Positions 41,701 to 64,000 of a stretch of DNA of 64,000 bases are shown piece by piece (position 1 is the stretch's first letter; every line of letters starts with the position of its first letter). The notes under the pieces are model-generated. The model did not search any database, was not told where the DNA came from, and saw nothing but the letters and a program-made list of their open reading frames with translations. Source of the stretch: Tubiluchus corallicola (lineage: Eukaryota; Animalia; Priapulida); NCBI GenBank assembly GCA_030141605.1, contig JAQGDQ010000063.1:186001-250000 (forward strand), written 5' to 3'. A program made the translations under genes and the position numbers.

Positions 41701-42938
41701 CAGATCATTAGTTCCTAAGGCAGCTATGTTAAGGTTTTCGGGCAGAAGTATTTCATTTAATTTATCAAACATAACAACCCTAGTTTGTTGATACAATGGG
41801 CAGTGCAACAAAATGTGTTCAACAGACTCAAATCGAAATCCACTTTTACAATTCGGCAATAGTGGATGACTGTTATTATCTTTACAGCCTTTAGAGAAAA
41901 GGTCATAGTTTAGCTGAGAAAATCCAATTCTTATGTACGTATGATGCACTGAAATTGGAGGTTTACCAAATGAAAAATGTTTCTTACGCAACGAAAAACT
42001 TAAATGAGATTTGAGCTCTTGTTTGAAGTGTGAAATGGATGTAATTTCACGAATGTTCTGTGGTAAGTTATTCCACATGTTAATGGTCGATATGAAAAAC
42101 GATTTTTCACAGCTAACAGAACGGCAATTAAAATTTCTGTATTTAGTACCACTGCGTATATAATAGGGGTTAAATTCATTTACCTTTGGCGGGAGAATTG
42201 CACTTAAATAGTGGGGCGCTAAGTCATTGATAATTTTGAAAAAAAGACATAGGCGATGATAATGGAAGCGCGTCACTAATTTAGTGAAGCCGCTATCAGA
42301 TAAGATAAGGGGAAGACCAAAACATAATGCCAGAACAGATTCTAGCAGCACTTAGCTGAAAAATTCTAATAAACGTATACTGTTTTCACTGCATACTGAC
42401 CATATATACTACGTTACCATATTCGATGGCAGGGAGAATAGTCGTAATGAATAATCGTTCCCGCGTAGCTCTGGGCATATTAAGTGACATGCGTCGAAAG
42501 TTGTTTAGCTTTAAATTTGCTTTTTCTACCATTTTTGAGACGTGATAGTTCCAGTTCAGATCAGATGTAAGATGGATACCTAAGTGCTTGTGAACATTTA
42601 CTGTTTTCAGTGGAGTATTAGATAACTACAGAGTAGGATATTGAGGAGCATTGGATTTACGGGAGAAAAGCATGACTTCGGTCTTATTTGGATAAAATAG
42701 ATTTATTTAGTTAATTAAGTGGCGTACTAATACTAATAGCGACTTGGGATGCTTATGTAAAACTGGGTGAATTAAATGCTTCGTCATATTAATTTTAGAA
42801 TCAAGAGTTAGTTGACTCCAGAAAAATTACCTGATCAATAGGCAACCCCATAAATTCGGAAAGAGGAGTAAGTGCCTTCGATCCTGGATACCAGCCATCG
42901 TTTCTTCTACTATTCAGCAAAACAGACTCCTTTACCAT
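26999..42938 (-). CDS. MBOAT2: MBOAT1/2-like lysophospholipid acyltransferase (oysgedart-like), spliced, 13 exons, 495 aa
   Basis: Exons (minus): 42938-42831, 38465-38320, 37504-37427, 36098-36006, 34926-34816, 33618-33486, 31496-31449, 30980-30890, 30333-30232, 29613-29510, 28680-28483, 27840-27689, 27122-26999; phases consistent. Motifs: GLPIDQ, TLDITGPFMIMTQKSTSLAFSYHDG, ILAGP, RYYFAW, NASGLGFNG, WNTQTMTWLR, SAYWHGFYPGYYLTF (catalytic His). MBOAT1 versus MBOAT2 cannot be resolved; likely a co-ortholog. Confidence 0.93.
27170..27530 (-). mobile_element. L2-like LINE 3' end in last MBOAT intron
   Basis: KCWNKLPIKIRECSLNSFKKLKT, then GAGCGCTTTATAAATAAA and an ATT/ATC tail. Confidence 0.65.
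28062..28410 (-). mobile_element. Decayed RTE-like LINE 3' end
   Basis: VSNEQLY..IRRL*LVGLLMRLPETTPVRLAL..PGKPKTT; (GAA)n tail at ~28063-28077. Confidence 0.7.
31670..32260. repeat. Degenerate (CCACA/CCA)n low-complexity array with an internal ~115-bp duplication
   Basis: Seen directly; CACCACTCAGA.CTC.CTAAACCACACC..TCACACCACTCCACCAACCC occurs twice (~31923 and ~32038). Confidence 0.9.
32690..33055. mobile_element. Probable non-autonomous DNA transposon (Helitron/HINE-like) fragment
   Basis: CpG-rich island in an AT-rich intron with TTTCATTTGACGTATAGATCG and CCGATTCGAAAAATT motifs. The family call is by resemblance only. Confidence 0.35.
34152..34398. mobile_element. PIF/Harbinger-type palindromic MITE
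   Basis: Termini TGGCGCGT / ACGCGCCA; long internal inverted repeat GCAAGTTCTCTCTGAGAGTAAAC / GTTTACTCTCAGAGAGAACTTGC. Confidence 0.7.
38539..38760. repeat. Compound trinucleotide microsatellite (TAA)n-(TAG)n-(CAG)n
   Basis: Seen directly; in MBOAT intron 1, ~75 bp from the exon 2 acceptor. Confidence 0.95.
41596..42700 (-). mobile_element. 5'-truncated LINE (CR1/L2 group) 3' part in MBOAT intron 1
   Basis: NKTEVMLFSRK, HKHLGIHLTSDLNWNYHV, LAPHYLS, SFFISTINMWNNLP, ESVEHILLHCPLY; frameshifted near 42350. Confidence 0.85.
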
Positions 42939-43257
42939 GTCTAAACCAATAATTTTAATTATTCTTTTTACATCGCGTGATTTCTAACTCACATTCACAC
43001 AGCGGCTAACACACGCATACACATGATCAGCAGGCACATAATTCATGGGCGTCATCGACGGTACATCGTTGGACTCAGCGATCCCTGTGTAATGAGAATT
43101 TCAAAAACGGCGCACACCATAAGTGAAATGAGAATAATTACGATCGTCACTGACGACCGCGACAATGTCGAGCAGAACCAGTGGTGAACTCTCTTAGAAC
43201 TTATAAACATAGCTATTAGCTAGTAAAGCTACAGGTGACTTAAAATTTGACAGCTGT

Positions 43258-43520
43258 CATGTTCCTATTTCAGTAAGTAGTGGTACACAAAGCGCACAAG
43301 CACTTGTAAATCTTCCTGCTAAACATAATGTCATGCAAAGCAATATGCCTATTGAAAAGAATATCATTCCTGCTAAAGAACCATATTGTGCCAGAGCAGG
43401 TGGAATTGTTAAGCCCCCTGATAAATTGTCACTGTAGGCATTTCTTAATGCTTTATTTAAAAGAGTATATGTTGACAACACTAATAGATGACACAAAGCC
43501 CTGGATGTAAAGTTCATGCT
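43258..43520 (+). mobile_element. Gypsy-like LTR retrotransposon remnant: integrase tail, decayed PPT, LTR start
   Basis: EPYCARAGGIVKPPDKLSL* (stop 43435-43437) resembles TRSGRxVKPPxRL; then TTTAAAAGAG and TGTTG at 43470. Confidence 0.55.
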
Positions 43521-44059
43521 GGAATAGCGAAACGTCGAGTTTGATTTTCTTTGTCTGAATTTATGTGTTATCTTCTAACTTTCTTCTAACAAAAACGCCA
43601 AAAAGCGAATTTGAAGCTTTAGAACTTGTGTCAAGCCAAATTTTGAGATTTTGCATCTGAATCGAATTTGATTTCAGTTGTAAAGATTTTCGAATAAGTT
43701 TCCGAATGATTACTAAAAAGCGGTGTCGCAAGAACCATGGATGTTACTTGATTATACATACATATGGATTCCGCAGTAAAAATAGAAATTATGCTTTTAA
43801 AAATGTGCACAGAAATCACAACTAAATTGCGCTCATTGGCTTGACTGCATGCTGTTTCAAACGTTTTAAGGATAAAAAATTCATTATTCGAATAGTTGAA
43901 GTGCTGAATATATATTATTATCTTCGATGATTGGGGTAAAGATAATAGCTTTTTACCCATGGTTGCTACTTAATTGTACACATAACGTTGTGGATCTGGT
44001 TAAACAATACAATTTTATTGCACAAATACAACAATATACCATGGCAAAAAATGCAAATA

Positions 44060-44489
44060 ATTCTGGGTTTGTATTTAGAAAAAGCCACATTACTGAGTAT
44101 ACATTACTTTTTTGAAAAGACAGATTATATATTTTATGCTCATATTTCTATCTAGTGTCTTTGTACAAAGGACAAGTAAAGAGCTAATGTAATTCGTTTT
44201 TCACTAATTTTGAGTTATTGGGGTGATAGTATTGAAAAAGCTTTCCATCCTTTTAGTTTTATATCTACCGCATTGTATTTCCAGTCATGCTTGCTGATAC
44301 ATAGTTTTGTAATCTTTTGTTTCTGTTTCGTATTAGAAATAATTTTAAAATAATTTTCGAATTCACAATTGATTTTTACATGTCTATAAAATCTTCATTG
44401 GTTTTTGCCACGATTTTATCCAGTATCATTACATTGCCTTATAAAAAATAGTTTTCTGTATCCTGATTTGAGTTTACAACAGATAATAT
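44060..44489 (-). mobile_element. Old decayed LINE C-terminus interrupted by the younger + strand LINE
   Basis: Minus strand RFYRHVKINCEFENYF..ITKLCISKHD/EIQCGRYK..NELH*LFTCPLYKDTR. It possibly resumes at 48262-48420. Confidence 0.65.
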
Positions 44490-47400
44490 CAGATTTTATG
44501 CAAAAACATAAAAAGAATTTGAAATTTCTATGTATCAATATACAAAGTCTGACAAAAAAACATGCATTGCTTAAAGACACAGTTCGTTCATCTGAAAATT
44601 TAGTCGTTGGAATAACCGAAACTTGGCTACACAAGCAAATACCTAGTGCCTCCATACAACTGCCTCATCATACACTCATACGTCGAGACCGTCCCACACA
44701 TAAACGTGGAGGAGGGGTTGCAATGTACATCCCAAAACACATGTCATTTAACGAAGCCAAAGGAATTAAAACTAACAAAATAGAATCACTTTGGTACAAT
44801 ATCGAAAACTACATTGTAGGTGTCATTTATAAGCCACCAAATCAAAAATATAAGACTTTTCTAAAACATTTTGAAATTGAACTTGAACGTGCTGTACTTG
44901 AAAATCAACCAGTTTTATTAATGGGGGATTTTAATATCGATATTAATGCAACAAATACTGCTCAGTGTAAAAAGTATAAAGAAGTCTTGGACCAATATAA
45001 CACGCAAATACTAAACGCAAGTAATAAACCCACAAGAATCACTAAAACATCATCTACTACCATAGACCACTTTATCTCAAACGCTAAAGACAATTTCCAA
45101 GTACAAGAAAACTTCTCGTGTGATTATTCTGATCATGATTTTATAATAATAGTAGACAAAACAAAACCAACCAAAAACAATACAGGCACAGTCTGGAAAA
45201 CAGTCAGAGATTATTCTACATATAATAAAGATATATTTCAAGATACTTTAACCAAATTGGACTGGAGTAATATTTACACAATGACTGACATTGACATGCA
45301 AATAAACACATTAATAAATAATATGGAATACTGCCTGGATATCTATGCACCGTATAAAAAAATTAAAATACATCAGCAGCAATTTAATGCAAAATCTGCC
45401 TGCCCTTAGGCGGATACAGAACTCGCAAAACTAAGACACAATAAAAATGAATTATATAGAACATATTTACATTTAAAAGGTAAAATCAATTACAATAATT
45501 ACAAAAAGGCACGAAATAAATTTAATAGCTACAACAGGAAACTCAAAAATAAATATTATATTAATAAATGCAATGATGCAACTACACCTAAACAAAAATG
45601 GCGTTTAATTAATGACGTACTTAACAGATACAGAAACGATCAATTACAAATAAATAGTTTACGAGAAAATGACAGTATAATATCTGATCCAGTTGACATT
45701 GCTAACAAATTAAATTCCACATTTATCAATCTCGGAAAATTTGACAACTTGCCACACCAACATAATGCAAATATACACAATATATACAAAAACCAATCAG
45801 TAATACAATCCACTTTCTCATTTACTAGCGTCACAGAATACGACATCTTTAGAATATTAAACAGTTTAAATATAAATAAAGGAAGTGGACCCTCAGACAT
45901 GCCAATAAAGATCTTAAAAGACTGTGCCAGCATCATTACTCCTCATCTAACATATATCACAAACCAAGTCTTAATGCACTCAGAATTTCCAGCAGTGTGT
46001 AAACAAGCAAACATAACTCCAATACACAAGAAAGATGCTAAAGATGATGCTAAAAACTACAGACCAATCTCAGTAGTGCACGTACTAGACAAAGTATTTG
46101 AAAGAGTTATCTACAACCAAATAAACCATTACATTGAAAATAATAAGTTACTGTCAAATCATCAATTTGGTTTTAGAAAACTACATTCTACAATAGACGC
46201 GATAATTGATGCCACTGAAAAGTGGCGTTACAACTTAAATAAAAATAAATATATAACAACAGCATTTTTAGATCTAAGTAAAGCTTTTGACAGCCTCGAT
46301 CACAATTTACTACTAGACAACTTACGCCAACTAGGATTCGATTATACTTCTCTCTAACTAATTAATAATGACCTACACAATAGAAAACAAAGAGTCAAAC
46401 TGAACAAACACACTTTTTCAACATGGGACACACCACAGAGAGGCATCCCACAAGGTACGATATTAGGTCCATTACTCTTTTGTTTATACGTTAATAAAAT
46501 TCATTTAGTTTTACATAATTCAGACTTAACACAATATGCCGATGATACAACACTCTATACAGCACACGCAGACTTTCTAACATCAAAAAATAATCTAGAA
46601 AAAGACATAACAAATATAAATGCAGCATTTAACTATTTTGGTTTAAAAATGAATGATGATAAGACAGAATTTATGGTAATATCACCCAAATCCAATGACA
46701 TTACTTCTAATGCAACACTAAAAGTAGGTGACTGTTCCACAGAACAAGCAAAAACTGTAAAATTTTTAGGCATTACTGTCGACAATAAACTCACTTGGGA
46801 TGAACAGTTTCATCAAATACACAACAAGATGGCATTAAGCACGACATTCTTACGCCAAACCAGAGGCCATCTAACCAAGAAAACAAAAATTCTCATCTAC
46901 AAAAGTCTAATATTACCACATTATCTATATGGTTGCACTTTACTTCAAAACGTTAAATATGAAAACTTTAGAAAACTAAATACAATGCAAAACTACGCAC
47001 TTAGATTAATTCATGGCTACTCTAACAAAACTGCTAAACAACATGCTGCTTCTGCAACAAGCTTAAGAACGTCCACAAAAATACCAATATTAGAAGCCTA
47101 TCGAGATTACAAAACACTGATATTTCTTTATAAATATATAAATAAACTGAGAATTCCATTTATAAACAATCCCTTAGCATTTATTCCTGATACCACATTG
47201 AACACTAGAACATACGATTTAAAGCAAATTACAGTAAACAATAAATTTGGAAATAACTCTATATCAAAACAGGCCATACATTTATGGAACTTACTACCCA
47301 GTGAAATAAAACAAATAGAATCTCTCCATCACTTTAAAAAGAAATTAAAAGAATATCAATATAACAGGTTTCAACTTCCACATTGTGCATCTGATACTAA

Positions 47401-47790
47401 TTACACGGACTCCACTTTCATATACCCCCGCCCCTGACTCCATATAATGATTAAAAATGAAATTTTTTAAAAAAAATTATGTAATGTAATACGTGTTATG
47501 TTAGTTTCGTGTTTCGTAATGTTAAATGTATAAATAGTGTGCACTATGTAATGTAAAATTTAATGTACTTTCCTATAATTGTTTGTAAAAATATTTTAAT
47601 ATGGTATTTGTAAATATGTTCATTATATTGTATATAGTTTGCACTTTAGTTTTTTTAGTATGCACTGGACGCATTTGTCTTGAACAGTGTTGTTATTTTA
47701 ACATTACGCTGAGGCTAACTCAATTTTATTATAATGAGGGAACCGTTTTTATGACAAATAAAGAATTAATATATATATATATATATATAT
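44490..47790 (+). mobile_element. Near-intact LINE ORF2 (APE+RT, CR1/L2 group) with two nonsense mutations, 3'UTR and (AT)n tail
   Basis: Single frame 44498-47437 with in-frame stops at 45407 and 46355. Motifs NIQSL, GITETWL, RGGGVA, MGDFNID, PTRIT..TIDH, SDH, NYRPIS, FLDLSKAFDSL, PQGTILGP, YADDTT, LWNLLP. Tail AATAAAGAATTAA(TA)n. Confidence 0.93.
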
Positions 47791-48261
47791 TACCACATTA
47801 TCTGTACGGTTGCACTTTACTTCAAAGCGTTAAAAATGAAAACTTTAGAAAACTAAATACAATGCAAAACTACGCACTTAGATTAATTCATGGCTACTCT
47901 AACAAAAGTGCTAAACAACATGCTGCATCTGCAACAAGCTTAAGAACGTCCACAAAAATACCAATGTAAAGCATGTTTCTGTTAATTGTGTCATGTTAAA
48001 TGCATATATAGTGCAAAATATGTCATGTAAAATTTAGTGTATTTTTGTAATATTGTTTTGTAAAAATATTTTAATATTGTATTTGTAAATATGTTCATTT
48101 ATTGTATATAATTAGGCCTTAGTTTTGCACTTTAGTTTTTTTTAGTCTGTTCTGGACGCATTTGTCTTGAACATTGTTGTTATTTTAACATTACGCTGAG
48201 GATTACTCGATTTTATTATAATGAGTGAGCCATTTTAATGTCAAATAAAGAATTAATATAT
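47789..48261 (+). mobile_element. Second, 5'-truncated and internally deleted copy of the same LINE's 3' end
   Basis: 47789-47965 matches 46912-47088; ~47990-48260 matches the 3'UTR ~47515-47770 with substitutions. Confidence 0.85.
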
Positions 48262-49336
48262 TCGCAGCGGCTATTCTAATATTTCTATCAAGCTCCTGTA
48301 TAGCCAAAAAGAAAACTGTATCCTGTCACGCTGTTGTTCTTACACCTCTATACCGAGCCCCATGATTTCTCTGTACTTTATCACTTGTCTGATCCAAGCA
48401 TTGCAGGTGAGTATGGACCTACCCCGTGTATGTAGGACTACCGTCGCAGGTTCCTATAAATAAACTGTGCTGGAGGAGGGAGGTAAGAGGTTCGCTGGTT
48501 CTTACTTGTCTACGATTTCCCATATTGTGGAAGCTGGATGAACGTTGAAGCTGATTCTTAGCTGAACCAGATCAGCACTGTTAAGAAATTCGTTTTATTT
48601 TTATCACGGTTTTGTTCATCTGTTAAATGTTATGTCCACTTGTAGGGCAGCGAAATGATTTAAAGACTCAGAAATGTTATGTGTTATCAGTTCTTGATAA
48701 TGTTTCGTAAGTCAACTTCAGGAGAACTTGAATTGCGATTAATTCTGTTAAATTAAAAGAAGTGATACTAGATCTCAACATTTTGTATATAAATATCTGA
48801 ATGTTCGTTCTAAGAGAACTGACGCTTTATAGCGCAGTGTATAAGGAATGCCCCGAAGTAGACTTTATAAGCAGCTTTACAAGGCCTTTCATACCTTCTC
48901 ATTGAATAATTTTGCAATCAATTTGATTTTGAAAAAATTTTGCCCATGGTCAGAAGACAAAGGTACAAAAAAAAACAATTGAACCCACGATCAGTAAGCG
49001 TTAATTTGGTGAAGAGCATTGAACCCACCTGAAAAGTAGAAAACCGTTTCTCCCAGTGGTTTACATTCAAAAGTTTATTGAACACTTAGTGCCGTCTTTT
49101 CAGTGATTACCAGTCTATAAATGACCTAACAAATCTCTAAAGGTTTGCCAGGCTGCCTAGCACAGGCTTTACTACAATATCACTCCTGTTTTCCTACTCG
49201 TGGTCCTTCACATATTTTTGTTGAGAAAGTTTTAGGCACATTAGCCTTCCTGTCATCTTGTCAAAGGCTTATTTACTTGACGCGCTCGGTTCCTAGCCAT
49301 TCCTTTTCGGAACAATTAACAAACCCAAATCAGGAA

Positions 49337-49510
49337 TTTCTGACTGGTGTGCTGCTTATATATTAGTCATTCATATTATTTTGACAGTTAGAAAATTGTC
49401 TAAATAAATTAATACTTTATCTCTTTCTGACTGGTGTGCTGCTTATATATTAGTCATTCATATTATTTTGACAGTTAGAAAATTGTCTAAATAAATTAAT
49501 ACTTTATCTC
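49337..49510 (+). repeat. Apparently perfect 87-bp tandem duplication upstream of hippo ATG
   Basis: TTTCTGACTGGTGTGCTG...AATACTTTATCTC at 49337-49423 and 49424-49510. Confidence 0.9.
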
Positions 49511-49904
49511 TTAATAATGATAAGTATTCGTTATTTTGTTTAAATTCTTATGAATTAAGAAATTTTGTAAGTTTCAGATGTAGACACTAGACGTTTTATC
49601 GCTATTAAGTAAATGCAACTTATAGTCGCAGGTTAAAACAGTTCTGCTACGTTTGTTTGTTTTATACTCATCTTATAGTAAAATCGGATATCTTCATGAT
49701 GTGTTCAACTGTTTATTTTCAATTCAGTAATCAAAGTTTGGTACTACTATGAACTACATGTATGGTTTTCTAAACGAACTGGTTACATTACAATTCACAA
49801 GTCTTGCGATAATCTTATGGACGGAGTAGGAAATTCATGCTAGTTTTTTTTAATATTGCTGTAAGAGCTATTGAAGAACAATTCACGAAAAAGTGTCATT
49901 CAAG

Positions 49905-61941
<12,037 letters not shown>

Positions 61942-63504
61942 CAATTGACAGTCTTATTGTAAATACATTTTACACTGTCTTTTGTCGCTGGTTATAACAA
62001 TGCAAGCAAACTGGCTAGAATCTCTTGAAAATGTGACTTCTGGAATTAACTTTGGTCCATATTAGGTGAAAGGCTGTATATCATTATTACCAAATATTTG
62101 CAGGCAATATTGTTCCTGCATATCTTTGCACTATAAACTTGCATTCTTTGGAAACATGTTTACTTCTGCAAGAGAGACATAGACTACTGTAAGAGAGAAA
62201 GAAAAAGAGGAAAAGGTAAAATGAAGTGGATTTCTACAAAAAAATATTATAATTTTTTCTGGACGGAATATCCTTTTTGGTGAACCCAATCGAAATGTTA
62301 TTTTGTAAATTACTATTGCGCGTTTAGTAATTTGACATTTTTTTAGGATCGTGATCTGTGTGTTTGTATATAGTTAATTTATGTAAAGTATATGCTTGCT
62401 CACAGTGCCATATTTTGCAAAGTGTACAATAACCATTTATTTTTGCAGTGCACCATGGCACGGGGGCACAGTACGAGTGACTGGGTTGTTAATGACTGAT
62501 TGCTAGAGCTTTATTTTTAGTTAGTTAATCGTGCTTTTATCTTTGATAAGGTTTCTGCTTTTGTTACTGTTATCTTTTTATTCATCAGGTGCTAATTGTA
62601 TTGACCAATGAGAGTGTACATATTATTAGCTGACTGTTACTATCTGGAAAGCTATTTAGATTAGTAAGTTTACTAGTAGTTTTGCACTGCATGCCAAAAC
62701 TTGTCTGTTTGTTCTTTTAAAATGAGACTTTTTTAGAGTTATCCATCTTGGGCAAATAACCCGATATAATTTACATAATTTGCTCTTTAATTTAATCTTT
62801 ACACAATTTTTTAAAAGACAATTTTGTTACTAGAAACTTAGAAACATCACAGACAGACAGTCGTTTTGACTGCAATATTCAGCATCTTCAGTGAGAGTTT
62901 CAAATAACAACCAAAGACAAAAGACAACATTTATTTACCATCGCTTGTTTATCAGAAATGCTAGAACTAACGGCTATTTAGCAATTTACACTTACAACAA
63001 TACAGGTAAGCACACAGAGTACAAATCACGAATAATGTGTAGGGTACATGCCCTAGTGTTGGCAGCCGCTAGTGTTAAACTCAAGACTTCATGCTTGCAG
63101 TCCAAAACCTAGAGCACTCTGCCACCCAACCCAAGACATACAGATGGAGCCTGCTGTAGTTGTAATTACATATTTGCATAGTAATCAAATTAAGATAACC
63201 TGAAGATTACAAACATACAGACAAACATGTAGGTTACATGTAAAGTAGAATATACAGTAAAAGTAGAATAGTTAAGTATTAGAAAACAAGAGTTAAGGGA
63301 ATAGAACTACTTTGAGCATTGATTGAATCTTATTGGGATATGTAGATAAGTAATGTTTTATTAAACGATCCCAGTTATTGTATTACCGGCCACAATACTA
63401 AAATTATTAGAACAGAATAAACTTTGGGCAAAAGTTTCCTGTTCTCACACAAAAGAAATTAGTTTCTGATGAAGTGGATTAAGAACTGCGTGATATCGTT
63501 TGTA

Positions 63505-63850
63505 CTGGCAGTTTACAAATAGATAAGAAATTGAGAAAGAAAGGGAGAGGATAGGATGAAGGAAAGAGGAGTAGAAGAAGAGAGTGATGGACAAGATACG
63601 AAAGAGAGAAGGAACAGAAAAAGAGTCTGGTAGACAGGTTGACAGTTTGCAGACAGAGAAGGAACTGAGAAAGAGAGGGATAGGATGAAAGAAAGAGGAG
63701 TAGGAGGAGAGAGTGATTGGGAAAAAATGAAAGAAAGATGCAAGCAGAAGAAAGACAGGCAGACAGGCTGACAGTTTGTAAATAGAAGAGGAACTGAGGG
63801 AAGGAGAGGATGAGAGAATGAGGGGAAGGAAGAGAGAGTGATTGTTAGGC
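63505..63850 (+). repeat. Purine-rich degenerate tandem repeat
   Basis: Recurrent CAGTTT, GAAGGAAC.GA, GATAGGATGAA.GAAAGAGGAGTAG and AGAGTGAT units. Confidence 0.7.
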
Positions 63851-64000
63851 AAGAATGAGAGAAAGAGTGAACAAAAAAGAGCTTGGCGCTTTTTCTGTGC
63901 AAAGTAGTTCCATTCCCTTTACTTTTATAACACTTACCTATACTTCTTATAACACTTACCTATACTTCTTTATAGATTTGTTTTACAGATTTTACACCAT

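Noticed and set aside
44405-44497. N-terminal extension of the LINE ORF in the ORF track
   Set aside because: Starts at TTG and is mostly antisense sequence of an older LINE; the first ATG is at 44498.
45407-46357. Programmed stop-codon readthrough in the LINE ORF
   Set aside because: Each stop is one substitution from the expected sense codon (TGG>TAG, AAA>TAA); ordinary decay suffices.
48262-48412. Hippo non-coding first exon ending at CAG|GTGAGT (48406)
   Set aside because: The donor is strong, but the segment probably continues the old antisense LINE; not callable without transcripts.

Overview
AT-rich, intron-containing animal (probably invertebrate) nuclear DNA, not prokaryotic. No CRISPR array, rRNA or intact tRNA gene is visible. 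Three spliced genes could be reconstructed exon by exon with consistent phases and GT-AG junctions. They are JMJD6 (+, 8 coding exons, ~398-409 aa), an MBOAT1/2-type lysophospholipid acyltransferase (-, 13 exons, 495 aa) and the Hippo/MST1-2 kinase STK3/4 (+, 12 exons, 522 aa). JMJD6 and MBOAT are tail-to-tail, and MBOAT and hippo are head-to-head. Most other sequence is transposon-derived: CR1/L2-group, RTE and CRE-like LINEs, a solo LTR, a Gypsy-like remnant, and hAT, Kolobok-like, piggyBac-like, Tc1/pogo and Harbinger MITEs, often nested. I found no convincing undescribed biological system. The best leads are a young GC-rich RTE with an anomalous 5' segment probably inside the MBOAT 3'UTR, a nested TE stack separating the divergent MBOAT/hippo starts, a candidate SARAH-less alternative last exon in hippo, and duplicated splice-donor regions in JMJD6. 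All calls were made by eye; no searches were run.
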